A stretch of DNA of 64,000 bases from an uncultured beta proteobacterium. GTDB lineage: Bacteria; Pseudomonadota; Gammaproteobacteria; Burkholderiales; Gallionellaceae. Made by a program: the position numbers and the translations under genes. This document shows positions 50,848-62,590 of the stretch, one piece after another. The notes beneath the pieces were generated by a model, which saw nothing but the letters and a program-made list of their open reading frames with translations, searched no databases and was not told the origin of the DNA. Location of the stretch: positions 1,675-65,674 of the forward strand of contig CAWDWW010000019.1 of assembly GCA_963806115.1 (NCBI GenBank). Direction: 5' to 3'. Positions within the stretch are counted from its first letter, which is position 1. The number at the start of each line of letters is the position of its first letter.

Positions 50848-51480
50848 TCAGGCACTCCCCAGCAGCGATATCACTTCCTCGTCGCTCACCTGGGGGAAAG
50901 ACGCATAAAACTGGCCAACCGCATAGAACATCTGCGGCGCGCTCAGGCATACGACTTCATCGGCATAGGGTTTCACTTTTGCCAGCGTATCCGGTGGCGC
51001 TACCGGCACGGCACAGACCAGTTTTTTCGGCGACTTGGCGCGCAGTGAGTGCAGTGCAGCGATCATGGTGGAGCCGGTGGCCAGACCATCGTCCACCACG
51101 ATCACGATGCGCCCTGACGGGTCGTGCGGAGGGCGTATCGGGGTGTAGCTGGCACGCCTCTCCCGCATCACCTTGAGTTGCGCTTCTTTCTCAGCTTCGA
51201 TGTATTCTGAACTGCCCCCGACGCGCCCGGCATAGTCGCCCAAATAGGTCCAGCCACTCTCGTCGACAGAACCGATTGCGAATTCCGGATTGCCCGGCGC
51301 GCGCAGCTTGCGCACCAGTACTACATCCACTTCTCCGCCCAGCGCATCAGCAATGATCTTTGCCATCGGCACCGCGCCGCGCGGGATGGCCAGCACCAGC
51401 GGGTTCTGGCCGCGATATTGCTCAAGCGCTTCCGCCAGCCGGCGCGCTGCATCTTCTCGATCTCGAAATATCATCTTCAT
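50848..51480 (-). CDS. Phosphoribosyltransferase family protein
   Basis: FRDREDA, LAIPRGAVP, PRPP loop VVDDGLATGST and AVGQFY..FPQVSDEEV. Confidence 0.9.
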   Translation of the reverse strand: MKMIFRDREDAARRLAEALEQYRGQNPLVLAIPRGAVPMAKIIADALGGEVDVVLVRKLRAPGNPEFAIGSVDESGWTYLGDYAGRVGGSSEYIEAEKEAQLKVMRERRASYTPIRPPHDPSGRIVIVVDDGLATGSTMIAALHSLRAKSPKKLVCAVPVAPPDTLAKVKPYADEVVCLSAPQMFYAVGQFYASFPQVSDEEVISLLGSA

Positions 51481-51549
51481 TTCTCCTCATGTTATCCGGC
51501 AGCTTTGCTGCCTCCCTTCCGCTGCACCCGCGAGGAGTACGCCGGTGGG

Positions 51550-52305
51550 TTACCCGGCGGCTCTGCCGCCACCCTTCCGCTGCCTTCTTGCCTCAAACAG
51601 GCAGATGCCAGCACTGACCGAGACATTCAGGCTTTCGACACTGCCCAGCATCGGAATGCGCACCAATTCGTCGCAAGTCTCGCGTGTCAGTCGGCGCAAG
51701 CCTTCTCCTTCAGCGCCCAGCACCCAGGCCAGCGGACCTGCATGGCTGAAGCTGTTCAGATCCTTTTCTGCTTCGCTCGCCGCGCCGACCACCCAGATGT
51801 CGCGCTCCTTCAATTCGCGCAAAGTGCGCGCAAGATTGGTGACAGTGATGTAGGGCACAGTTTCTGCCGCGCCGCAGGCGACCTTTTCCACGGTGGCGGT
51901 AATGCCGACCGCACGGTCTTTCGGCGCGATCACTGCATGCACGCCGAAAGCATCGGCACTGCGCAAACAGGCGCCGAGGTTATGCGGGTCTTGCACGCCA
52001 TCCAGCACCAGCAGCAACGGAGGTTCTTCCAGTGTATCCAGAACATCTTCGAGATGCTGCACTCGGTGCGAGGCATCGACACGCGCCGCCACACCCTGAT
52101 GGCGCGCGTTGCCCGCCATGCCATCGAGACGTTTTGCATCGACCGGTATCACGCGCACGCCATTGGTTTCCGCCAGCTTGATCAGGTCGCGCATGCGCGG
52201 ATCCTGGCGCTGTGCCTGCAGATAGACTTCCAGCACGCCATCCGGATTTTGACGGATGCGCGAAGTCACCGCGTGGAAACCATAGATCAGGCGCAAATCA
52301 GCCAC
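51550..52305 (-). CDS. rlmB: 23S rRNA Gm2251 methyltransferase RlmB
   Basis: [28 protein letters not shown] and ESLNVSVS; GTG start overlaps the end of rnr. Confidence 0.94.
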   Translation of the reverse strand: MADLRLIYGFHAVTSRIRQNPDGVLEVYLQAQRQDPRMRDLIKLAETNGVRVIPVDAKRLDGMAGNARHQGVAARVDASHRVQHLEDVLDTLEEPPLLLVLDGVQDPHNLGACLRSADAFGVHAVIAPKDRAVGITATVEKVACGAAETVPYITVTNLARTLRELKERDIWVVGAASEAEKDLNSFSHAGPLAWVLGAEGEGLRRLTRETCDELVRIPMLGSVESLNVSVSAGICLFEARRQRKGGGRAAG

Positions 52306-54688
52306 GATGCTTCTTTTCCCTGGTTTTTCCCTTGGCATAACCAGCCACTTTGCTGCCGCCTTTTGGCAGCTTAGTGGAATGGCTAGTAGTTCCATCAGAT
52401 TTACCCGGGGATGATTTATTCGGGTCGGGTTTTTTGGCTGGTTTGGATTCGTGTCCCTTTGCTGCGTGCCGCTTGGGTTCATGTCCGTGGCCGTGTTCTT
52501 CCATGAGCTCATGCAACACAAAATCGATCTTGGTGCTCTCCATATCCACCTTGACGACGCGCACTTGCACGCGGTCACCGAGGCGATAACGTTGTCCGGT
52601 GCGTTCGCCGAGCAACTGGTGCTTGGCGGCATCGAACTGGTAATAATCCTTGCCGAGCTCCGAGATGTGCACCAGTCCTTCGACATACAGGTCGTCGAGC
52701 GACACGAACAAGCCAAAACTGGTGACCGATGAAACCGATCCGGTGAACACGCTGCCCAGATGATCGCGCATGTAATAGCATTTCAGCCAAGCCTCGACAT
52801 CACGCGTCGCATCGTCGGCGCGGCGCTCGGTCATCGAGCAATGCACACCGAGTTCGGCCCATTTCTGGGTGGGTGTGTATTTCTTGCCGTGCAACACTGC
52901 CTTGATCGCGCGATGCACCAACAGATCGGGATAGCGGCGTATCGGAGAGGTGAAGTGCGTATAAGCTTCGTAACCCAGGCCGAAGTGCCCGACGTTTTCA
53001 GGCTCATACTTTGCCTGGCGCAGCGAGCGCAACATCACGGTCTGCAGCAGGCCATAATCGGGGCGGCCCTTGATGCGTTTTAGCAACTTGGAATAATCGG
53101 CCGCTTGCGGCTCCTCTCCCCCGGTCAGTTGCAAACCGAACTCTTTCATGAATTCGCGCAGTGCTTCCAGTTTTTCAGGAGTCGGTCCCTGGTGTATGCG
53201 GTACAACACGGTGTGTCCATGTTCGTGCAAATAGCCTGCCGCGCAGACGTTTGCCGCCAGCATGCATTCCTCGATAATCTTGTGCGCATCGTTGCGCACT
53301 ACCGGCACGATACGTTCGATCTTGCCCTGGTCGGTGAAGATCATCTGCGTCTCGACCGTCTCGAAGTCGATCGCGCCACGCTTCTCGCGCGCTTTCAACA
53401 GTTTCTTGAACAGTTCAAGCAGGTGCTGCAAATGCGGCACGATGATGGCATTTTTTCTGGCCAGTTCGCCATCCGGTTCTTCAAGCATATTGGCGACCTG
53501 GTTGTAGGTCAACCGCGCGTTGGAATGCATCACCGATGGATAGAAGCGGTATTTTTCGATATCGCCGCTGCCGGTGATGTGCATGTCGCACACCATGCAC
53601 AGCCGATCCACCTTCGGATTCAAAGAGCACAGGCCATTGGACAATTCTTCCGGAAGCATCGGGATTACGCGGCGCGGGAAGTACACCGAGTTGCCGCGGT
53701 TGATCGCCTCGCGATCCAGCGCGTCACCGGTCTGCACATAGTGGCTGACATCGGCGATCGCCACCACCAGCCGGTAGCCGCCTTTTTCCGGCGTGCAATA
53801 AACCGCATCATCGAAATCGCGCGCGGTCTCGCCATCGATAGTGACCAGCGGCAGGTTGCGGATATCTTCTCGCCCCGACCAATCCGCGGCAGCAACGGTT
53901 GGTGAGATCGCCTTGGCCTGGCGTTCTGCATCTTTGGGAAACTCATACGGAAGATCATGCTTGCGCAATGCGATCTCGATCTCCATACCCGGATCGGCAT
54001 AGTTGCCCAACACCTCGACGATGCGGCCTATCGGCTGTACATGTTTGTCGGGTTGCTGGAGAATTTCCAGTATTACCACCTGTCCAGACTTGGCCCCGCC
54101 GGTTTCGCCGGGAGCAACCAGAATATCCTGCGTGATACGGCGGTTTTCCGCCACCACAAAGTTGATGCCATGCTCATCATACAAACGACCTACCACGCGA
54201 TTATTGGCGCGCTCCAGCACCTCGACGATCTTGGCTTCCGGGCGTCCGCGCCGATCCACGCCACTTTGCCGCACCATCACCACATCGCCGTGCATCACCT
54301 GGTGCATTTCTTTCTCGCTGAGGAACATATCCGGTCTGCCGTCTTCCGGAATCAGGAAACCGAAACCATCGGGATGGCCTTGCACCTTGCCCTTGATCAG
54401 ATCGAGTTTTTCCACCACGCAGATATCGCGTTTGCGGTTGCGCATTATCTGCCCGTCACGTTCCATTGCGCGCAATCGGCGCGAAAACAGATCTTCTTCA
54501 TCTTTATTGATGTGCAACATTTCCAGCAGTTCTACATCAGCAACCGGCGCGCCTTGCTCGGTGAGTATCTGCAATATGAACTCGCGGCTGGGCAGCGGAT
54601 TTTCGTATTGCTCGCGTTCGCGTTCCCGAAACGGGTCTTGCAAACGCAAGTTCTTTTTATTTTTCATTGACAATGTATCCTTTAACAA
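52298..54688 (-). CDS. rnr: Ribonuclease R
   Basis: [34 protein letters not shown]1 domain and basic tail. Start may be at 54667. Confidence 0.96.
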   Translation of the reverse strand: MLKDTLSMKNKKNLRLQDPFREREREQYENPLPSREFILQILTEQGAPVADVELLEMLHINKDEEDLFSRRLRAMERDGQIMRNRKRDICVVEKLDLIKGKVQGHPDGFGFLIPEDGRPDMFLSEKEMHQVMHGDVVMVRQSGVDRRGRPEAKIVEVLERANNRVVGRLYDEHGINFVVAENRRITQDILVAPGETGGAKSGQVVILEILQQPDKHVQPIGRIVEVLGNYADPGMEIEIALRKHDLPYEFPKDAERQAKAISPTVAAADWSGREDIRNLPLVTIDGETARDFDDAVYCTPEKGGYRLVVAIADVSHYVQTGDALDREAINRGNSVYFPRRVIPMLPEELSNGLCSLNPKVDRLCMVCDMHITGSGDIEKYRFYPSVMHSNARLTYNQVANMLEEPDGELARKNAIIVPHLQHLLELFKKLLKAREKRGAIDFETVETQMIFTDQGKIERIVPVVRNDAHKIIEECMLAANVCAAGYLHEHGHTVLYRIHQGPTPEKLEALREFMKEFGLQLTGGEEPQAADYSKLLKRIKGRPDYGLLQTVMLRSLRQAKYEPENVGHFGLGYEAYTHFTSPIRRYPDLLVHRAIKAVLHGKKYTPTQKWAELGVHCSMTERRADDATRDVEAWLKCYYMRDHLGSVFTGSVSSVTSFGLFVSLDDLYVEGLVHISELGKDYYQFDAAKHQLLGERTGQRYRLGDRVQVRVVKVDMESTKIDFVLHELMEEHGHGHEPKRHAAKGHESKPAKKPDPNKSSPGKSDGTTSHSTKLPKGGSKVAGYAKGKTREKKHRG

Positions 54689-54730
54689 TTAAATTGCGCG
54701 CCTTCTGCAAGTCTTCAGCGAAATCTTAAT

Positions 54731-54815
54731 GCCCAGATGGCGGAATTGGTAGACGCGCACGGTTCAGGTCCGTGTGCCGCAAGGTGTGGAGGTTCGAGTC
54801 CTCTTCTGGGCACCA
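54731..54815 (+). tRNA. tRNA-Leu (anticodon CAG)
   Basis: GCCCAGA acceptor stem; anticodon arm CACGG-TTCAGGT-CCGTG; long variable arm; GGTTCGAGTCC T-arm; encoded CCA; 85 nt. Confidence 0.96.
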
Positions 54816-54824
54816 GTACAAAAC

Positions 54825-54855
54825 ATGGCTCGCGCAAGCGGGCCATTTCATTTTT
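54825..54855 (+). terminator. Terminator after tRNA-Leu
   Basis: ATGGCTCGC-GCAA-GCGGGCCAT then TTCATTTTT. Confidence 0.7.
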
Positions 54856-55201
54856 CCCGCCCGAGAACAACATAAAATCCCCTGCATAGGCTGAATCCAG
54901 GCTGATAGGGTTTATTGTTACCCGTGATATGTCCAACATGGTATTTGCCGGCCTGCTTAACTGGAGAACACGCGGCATTTTACACTATTGCCACTGCATC
55001 TCCCGACAGCTTTTGCCACATCAAAGTGTAATCAGCCGACGCAGCGCATCCACACCAGCGCTAACCATCGTGCAAACATGTTGGAATAGACAGTTCTATG
55101 ATCGCGCTCAGAAGAAGCAAAATGACACTATCGTTTGCTAGGGAAACAATGTTAGCGGGTTTTGCGACTACTTCGCCAACGTTGCCGATGAAATAGGCCC
55201 A

Positions 55202-55312
55202 TTAGGTATCGATGATAACAATGCCCGTCAGCGGAATGTGCACCGATGGGACAGATCTTCGGTAGCTCAGAGCAGCCTGCGATGCCTCGGAACCATCGAC
55301 TGTAACTACTTT
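55202..55312 (-). pseudogene. Possible universal stress protein (Usp) N-terminal remnant
   Basis: Translates KVVTVDGSEASQAALSY...LTGIVIIDT*, similar to the Usp VAVDGSxxSxxAL motif; no start codon. Confidence 0.35.
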
Positions 55313-55672
55313 TCTGCTGCGGGACAGGCAAGTTTACTTCATAGTCAGGAATACGATAACGGCCACAATGGAAACCGTGACCATAATGGAATGGCGCCGA
55401 TTCCCTAGGCACAGTCATCTTTGAATAGCGTCATCTCGCTATTCTGGAATGCTTCACCGATGGTTTCACTTCCCATTCTCTCTTCATCAGCCATGACTAT
55501 TCTCTGTAGCGATTTAACTGAAAAGTAATGTGTGTTTATGTCGCCCTTGGAAGACTATATTTCAGGGGAAAACAACTACTGATGAAATGCTATGTTGCAA
55601 ATGGCCATCGAATTCTTTGCTTCATCTGACGCTTACGCTGAAAGAACAACAAAATATGGGCGTACAATTTTT

Positions 55673-55879
55673 TCAGCTTGTTTCACTGGTGTATTGATCG
55701 CAATGTGCAGCCGCCGACAGATAAAGATCGTGCAGGGAGCAGATTCCATCGTCTTTGCGTACCGAGGCATGCCCCGAACTCATGGTCTTAATGCCAGGAT
55801 AGATCCTTTCCAGATATTCCGGTGAATTATGGAAGTGCATACAACCGAAACAACATTCGGCGCCACTGGGTTGGGCCAT
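55673..55879 (-). CDS. Small Cys-rich protein (CxxCxxF...GxC...CxxY)
   Basis: 68 aa, AAGGAGA RBS, directly downstream of the YeiH gene. Confidence 0.7.
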   Translation of the reverse strand: MAQPSGAECCFGCMHFHNSPEYLERIYPGIKTMSSGHASVRKDDGICSLHDLYLSAAAHCDQYTSETS

Positions 55880-55903
55880 CAATAAATCTCTCCTTGATAA
55901 ATG

Positions 55904-55942
55904 AAAAATCCGTCCCGGCGAGAATTAGCTCACGGGGACGGA
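55904..55942 (-). terminator. Hairpin + T-run between the YeiH gene and the Cys-rich gene
   Basis: TCCGTCCC...GGGACGGA followed by TTTTT on the minus strand. Confidence 0.5.
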
Positions 55943-55951
55943 CATGGCGGA

Positions 55952-57355
55952 TTAGTGACTCAGATTAGACCAGTAACCAACGAATACCATCGTCGAAAGG
56001 ATAAAGCCAAGTATCACATTGACCACGACCCCGGACGTAAATGCCATGAATGGTTTCATTCCGGCGTTTGCCAACTCTTTGAAGCGTGTCGTCAGACCGA
56101 TACTAAAGAAACAGAAGATGAAGGCCCAAGTACGCAGATCCTTGATGGGTCCTACCATTTCCGGTATCACAGACTTTTTAAATTCGGCTTCACCTACTTG
56201 CGTGGCGATCAGTGTCACGATGATCGAAGCCAGCAAAAAGCCGATGACGAATTTGGGGAAACGCCACCAGATTTCGGCCGGATTCGGTTTGGAACCGGGC
56301 ACCCGTTCCCAGCGTGTTGTGGCAATCAAGGCCATCACGAACGCCCAGATGCCGATCCACACGTCTCGACCCACAACCTTCATCAAGGTGAATGCCTTTA
56401 CCGCATCATCAGGATTACCGGTGATGCCCGGCTGCCCTGCGTAACCGCCATAGGTATTGGCAGCAGCAAAACCGGCAGCATCGGCAAACTCGGAAGTCCC
56501 AATCCAGGCGCCGGCCACACCGGTGGGCAATTGCAAGGCTTTCGATACCAGCGGCAGAACGAAAATCATCACGATCGCCCAGACTATGACCAGGGTAATC
56601 GCGATAGGCGCATGCTCTTTTTTTGCGCTTACCGCCCCGGCAATGGCAATGGCTCCAGACACACCGCATACTGCACCGCCTGCACCGAGCGTTGCCGCAA
56701 GGCGCCTGTCCAATCCCAGCTTTACTCCAACGAAATAGATCACCACGAAGGTAGTGATGGAAACGATGGATGCCTGTACGATGGCGGTTGGCCCTGCCCA
56801 GATGATCAAGGTAAACGGCAAAGTGGCACCAAGCAGAACGATACCGGTTTTGATGTAATACTCAACGCGGAATCCGGTGTCCATCCATTTCGGCAGTCCA
56901 ATGAAGTTGGAAATAAACAACCCGAGCAGCAATGCCAGCAACGGGGGTTCAAGGTTGAGATTGGTTACTGTCTTGTTTTGGCCAACCACAAAGATGATGA
57001 TTGAGAATATATAAATGAACAGGAATGACGGATAAAACTCGGACAGTTTGAATCCCAGCGCCCGAATGCTGATGCCAAAGATCACGGACCACATGACGAA
57101 TTGAGCGATATATTGACCAATGTGATCGGAGAAATGTTGTGTAACCACTGAGAAATCCGTCCATTTGCCGGGCGGCAATATCGAGATCCATTTAATGCTC
57201 GACCCGTTTACAAAAAACAGGTAAGCGACGATAACGATACCTAAACCGAGCCAGATCGCCCACCAGTCCTCTTTGAGATACAGTTCCTTCCATCCCATGC
57301 TGCGGACTTTCTGGGATCCACCGCTTTCGTTCCAGGAATTCTGTGTATTGCTCAT
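55952..57355 (-). CDS. Putative sulfate exporter (PSE/YeiH family) membrane transporter
   Basis: EDWWAIWLG, KTGIVLLGA, GAVCGVSGAIA, GAWIGTSE and FFSIGL; about 12 TM segments. Confidence 0.88.
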   Translation of the reverse strand: MSNTQNSWNESGGSQKVRSMGWKELYLKEDWWAIWLGLGIVIVAYLFFVNGSSIKWISILPPGKWTDFSVVTQHFSDHIGQYIAQFVMWSVIFGISIRALGFKLSEFYPSFLFIYIFSIIIFVVGQNKTVTNLNLEPPLLALLLGLFISNFIGLPKWMDTGFRVEYYIKTGIVLLGATLPFTLIIWAGPTAIVQASIVSITTFVVIYFVGVKLGLDRRLAATLGAGGAVCGVSGAIAIAGAVSAKKEHAPIAITLVIVWAIVMIFVLPLVSKALQLPTGVAGAWIGTSEFADAAGFAAANTYGGYAGQPGITGNPDDAVKAFTLMKVVGRDVWIGIWAFVMALIATTRWERVPGSKPNPAEIWWRFPKFVIGFLLASIIVTLIATQVGEAEFKKSVIPEMVGPIKDLRTWAFIFCFFSIGLTTRFKELANAGMKPFMAFTSGVVVNVILGFILSTMVFVGYWSNLSH

Positions 57356-57426
57356 GGTATAGCCCTCCTTAAATCGGGAAGTGCGCCGGGCAGTTGACGG
57401 AAAAGATCAGGGGATTCGTTACTCAT
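57352..57426 (-). CDS. 24-aa upstream ORF whose stop overlaps the YeiH start
   Basis: TAAGGAGG RBS, then MSNESPDLFRQLPGALPDLRRAIP*; its TGA overlaps the YeiH ATG (ATGA). Confidence 0.45.
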   Translation of the reverse strand: MSNESPDLFRQLPGALPDLRRAIP

Positions 57427-57843
57427 ACTACCTCCTTAAAGTTGGTATGAACGACAGAGGAAGATTTTTTTATTATCTCTTATATTATTTTGTGATCCCA
57501 TTTTTATGGCGAGACTATAGGCGCAAATGGGCACAAAGTAAACCACTACCCTTTCCCGATTATATGCATGTCAACATCGGCTGATGTATAGCCCTGATAA
57601 TCATCGTCTATCCGATCGATCGGCAGAAATAAAATTGCCGTTATTTGGCGTTCTGGTACAGATAATGCTCAGGGCATGAATGGCCAATGCACGGTTGTCC
57701 ATAAAACCAGCAGCAGTACAATGTATACATCAGGGATAGTATTTTGACGTAGTAGCATGCTTGCCGGGATGGGATCAACCGTTTCGAATATATGAAATAC
57801 CACTCACCTGCCGCGAATTAACGCTTCCGATATTGCTCCCAAA

Positions 57844-59157
<1,314 letters not shown>

Positions 59158-59179
59158 TTAAGCTTTCAGATCTTGATAA

Positions 59180-60337
59180 TTAAAGTGGAACAACCTGCCA
59201 GGAACCATTGCGCAATACCAGTTCACGGTCACACTGCAATTCCCCGCGCAAGGTCGCATCGCCCAGCAGATCCACCACCACCGCCTCGCCCGACGCACGC
59301 AGTTGAGCGATCTTGTCGAACAATGCGGCATCCTCGAGGCGCGGCGCGCAAATACCCGGCCTGGCTGCTTGCGGCGGCAGAAGACGATACAATTGGCGCA
59401 AATCCATGCTGAATCCGGTCGCGGCGCGCGCCCGCCCGAAGCACTTGCCGAGATCATCGTATCGTCCGCCCAGCGCGATCGCATCATGGCTGCCGGCATG
59501 GTAGGCGGCGAACACCATGCCGCTGTGATAGTGATAACCGCGCAGGTCGGCGAGATCTATGCCCACGCTGGAAACCAGCGCTTGCAATTTGCCTGATACG
59601 GTTTCCAGTGCATCCAGCGCGGCAGCGATCTCCGCATGCTTCGGCAACAACTTGCGCGCCCGCGCCAGCACATCCCCGCAGTCGCCATACAACGTCGGCA
59701 GGGCGAGCAAGGCGCTGCGCAGTTTCGCTTCCAGCGGCTGTGCCAATATCTGCAAAGCCGCACTGTCCTTGCTTTGCAGCGCTATGAACAACTTGCTTTC
59801 CAGATCCTTGTCGAGTTTGGCATGGCTCGCCAGCGCGCGGAACACACCGACATGGCCGAGATCGAGATGGACATTTTTGACTCCCAGCAGAGCCAGCGAT
59901 TGCAGCATCAGCTGCTGGATTTCCAGATCGCTTTCCAAACCGCCATGCCCATACAGTTCGGCACCGATTTGCAACAGCTCACGGGTGCGCGTCAATCCCA
60001 TCGGCTGGGTGTGCAACACGCTGCCGGCATAACACAGACGCGCCACGCCCTGGCGATTGAGCAGATGCGCATCGATGCGCGCCACCTGCGGCGTTATGTC
60101 AGCGCGCAAAGCCAGGGTACGACCGCTCAACTGGTCGACCAGCTTGAACGTACGCAGATCCATATCAGCGCTGCCATCGATCAGCAACGATTCGGCATAT
60201 TCCAGAAGTGGCGGTGCGACCAGTTGATATCCAGACTTGCGCAACAGCTCGAGGAATTGCGCCCGCATCCTTTCGATGGCCCACGCCTCATTGGCCAGCA
60301 TGTCTTCTACGTATTCGGGTAGCAGCCAGTTTTGCAT
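59180..60337 (-). CDS. hisZ: ATP phosphoribosyltransferase regulatory subunit HisZ
   Basis: MQNWLLPEY, LRADITPQVARID and GGRYD; upstream of purA. Confidence 0.94.
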   Translation of the reverse strand: MQNWLLPEYVEDMLANEAWAIERMRAQFLELLRKSGYQLVAPPLLEYAESLLIDGSADMDLRTFKLVDQLSGRTLALRADITPQVARIDAHLLNRQGVARLCYAGSVLHTQPMGLTRTRELLQIGAELYGHGGLESDLEIQQLMLQSLALLGVKNVHLDLGHVGVFRALASHAKLDKDLESKLFIALQSKDSAALQILAQPLEAKLRSALLALPTLYGDCGDVLARARKLLPKHAEIAAALDALETVSGKLQALVSSVGIDLADLRGYHYHSGMVFAAYHAGSHDAIALGGRYDDLGKCFGRARAATGFSMDLRQLYRLLPPQAARPGICAPRLEDAALFDKIAQLRASGEAVVVDLLGDATLRGELQCDRELVLRNGSWQVVPL

Positions 60338-60522
60338 CAGATGATCCAATAAAGCAACAGCAGGCCGCACAACATCGCCGTGATACCGACAAAGCGCAAT
60401 TGACCGTCTGTCAGCGTCACCAGCTTGCGGAAAGTTTCACGCCACAATCCGGGAAACACGAAAGGCAACATTCCCTCGATCACCAGCATCATCGCCAAAC
60501 CGAGCAGCCAGTAATCGAGCAC
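60337..60522 (-). CDS. DUF2065 (YjeT) small membrane protein
   Basis: LVIEGMLPF..P..WR...LRFVG; located after hflC. Confidence 0.88.
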   Translation of the reverse strand: MLDYWLLGLAMMLVIEGMLPFVFPGLWRETFRKLVTLTDGQLRFVGITAMLCGLLLLYWII

Positions 60523-60523
60523 A

Positions 60524-61402
60524 CTACTTACCAGCCTTGCTTGGGTTTTTCAAATATTTGAAGAATGCCGAACTCGGATCCAGAACCATCACGTCGTTCT
60601 TGTCCTTGAAGCTCTGCTTGTAGGCTTCCAGACTGCGGTAGAACGCGTAGAACTCGGGATCACGGCCAAATGCAGCCGCGTATAAAGCGGTAGCCTTGGC
60701 ATCGCCCTCACCTTTGGTTTTCTGCGCTGCGCGATAAGCCTCGGCCAAGATCACCTGGCGCTGTTTGTCGGCATCGGCCTTGATCTTTTCGCTGTCGGCT
60801 GCGCCGGAAGCGCGCAATTCATTGGCCACACGCTTGCGCTCGGCGTCCATGCGGCGATATACCGAATCGCTGATCTCCGAAGGAAAATCAACCCTCTTGA
60901 GCCGAACATCCAGCACCTGCACGCCTATTTTGCGCGCATCCGCATCGGTTTTATCGCGCAACACATTCATGATCTGTTCGCGTTCGCCGGACACCACCTC
61001 GTGGATGGTGCGCTTGCCGAATTCCTCGCGCATGCTGGAATTGACCGTCTGCATCAAACGTGTAGCGGCGCGCATTTCATCGCCCCCAACGCTGATGTAA
61101 TACTGCTTTACATCGACGATACGCCATTTGACGAACGAATCCACCATCACGTTTTTCTTTTCCGCCGTGATGAAACGCTCGGGCTCCCCGGTGTCCAGCG
61201 TGAGTATGCGCGAATCAAAGAAGCGCACGTTCTGCATCAGCGGCACCTTGAAATACAGGCCCGGTTCGGTTTTGACACTGACCACTTCACCCAGTTGGAA
61301 CACAATTGCATTCTGGCGCTGGTCCACCACGAACATGCTCATGCTCAGCAGGATTAACGCGATGGCCAGGCCGATCAGCACATTTCCAATATTCCTTTTC
61401 AT
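60524..61402 (-). CDS. hflC: FtsH protease modulator HflC
   Basis: SPFH domain; PGLYFKVP and FYAFYRSLEAY. Confidence 0.95.
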   Translation of the reverse strand: MKRNIGNVLIGLAIALILLSMSMFVVDQRQNAIVFQLGEVVSVKTEPGLYFKVPLMQNVRFFDSRILTLDTGEPERFITAEKKNVMVDSFVKWRIVDVKQYYISVGGDEMRAATRLMQTVNSSMREEFGKRTIHEVVSGEREQIMNVLRDKTDADARKIGVQVLDVRLKRVDFPSEISDSVYRRMDAERKRVANELRASGAADSEKIKADADKQRQVILAEAYRAAQKTKGEGDAKATALYAAAFGRDPEFYAFYRSLEAYKQSFKDKNDVMVLDPSSAFFKYLKNPSKAGK

Positions 61403-62583
61403 TAGCGTGCCTCCCGGTCGCGGCTCAGCAGCGAATCGCGCGCGCGCTGTGCAGCAGCATTGTCGCTTCCCTGCGATGTATCGGCTTTCGCGGCGGCGGC
61501 AGGCAGCACGTCTGTATCCGAGCTGCCGGCACGCGTGGTTTCCAGCAATTTATCCAGAGGCAGATACAACAAGTTGTTGCCATTCTTTTGATCGACCATC
61601 ACTTTGCTGACATTGCCCATCACCTGCTGCATCATGTCCAGATACATGCGCTCGCGTGTGACGGCAGGGGCTTTTTCATATTCAACCAGTATCTGCTTGA
61701 AGCGGCTGACATCACCTTCGGCATTGGCGATCACGCTTTGCTTGTAACCCTGCGACTCCTGTATCAGACGCGCTGCCGTACCGCTTGCACGCGGTATCAC
61801 GTCATTGGCATAAGCCTGGCCTTCATTCTTTTGCCGCTCGCGATCCTGGCCGGCTTTCACCGCATCGTCAAAGGCTGCCTGAACCTGCTCGGGAGGCTGA
61901 GCATTCTGCATGGTCAGCTTGCTGATCAGGATGCCGGATTTGTAGCGATCCAGAATCTCCTGGATCAATTTTGTCGCTGAGGCGGCCACCTGTTCACGGC
62001 CCTCATACAGCACAAAGTCCATCTTGCTCTTGCCGACCACTTCGCGAATCGCGGTTTCCGCAGCCTGGCGCACGTTCTCGTCGGGATTTCGGTTGTTGAA
62101 CAGATAATCGGCGGGATCCTTCAGAAAGTACTGCACCGCGAACTGGATGTCGACGATATTCTCGTCATCGGTCAGCATCAGCGATTCTTTCAGCATTTTG
62201 TTCTTTACGTTGTCGCGATAGCCCACTTCTACGGTGCGAACCTGGCTCAAATTGACGATTTCCACGGTTTCTATCGGGAATGGCAAATGCCAACGCGGGC
62301 CGGGCATGGTCGTTTCGGTCAACTTGCCAAAACGCAATACCACGCCGCGCTGACTGGCATCGACAATATAAAAGCCGCTGCCCACCCATATCAAAATAAC
62401 AATCGCAGCAATCAAGCCCATGCCGCCGCCAAATCCGTGCATCGGTTCTCCGCCGCCGGGTTTGCCCGCACCGCCTTTTCCGCCAAACACGGAAGATAAT
62501 TTTGCGTTAAGCTTGCGCAGCAATTCTTCCAGATCAGGGGGGCCGCTGTTCTTGTTACCCCATTGCGGATCATTCAATCCCAT
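61402..62583 (-). CDS. hflK: FtsH protease modulator HflK
   Basis: NDPQWG...GPPDLEE, MLTDDENIV and NNLLYLPLDK. Confidence 0.95.
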   Translation of the reverse strand: MGLNDPQWGNKNSGPPDLEELLRKLNAKLSSVFGGKGGAGKPGGGEPMHGFGGGMGLIAAIVILIWVGSGFYIVDASQRGVVLRFGKLTETTMPGPRWHLPFPIETVEIVNLSQVRTVEVGYRDNVKNKMLKESLMLTDDENIVDIQFAVQYFLKDPADYLFNNRNPDENVRQAAETAIREVVGKSKMDFVLYEGREQVAASATKLIQEILDRYKSGILISKLTMQNAQPPEQVQAAFDDAVKAGQDRERQKNEGQAYANDVIPRASGTAARLIQESQGYKQSVIANAEGDVSRFKQILVEYEKAPAVTRERMYLDMMQQVMGNVSKVMVDQKNGNNLLYLPLDKLLETTRAGSSDTDVLPAAAAKADTSQGSDNAAAQRARDSLLSRDREAR

Positions 62584-62590
62584 AATTTCG

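Noticed and set aside
54790-57843. attR duplication of the tRNA-Leu 3' end
   Set aside because: No convincing copy of TTCTGGGCACCA was found downstream.
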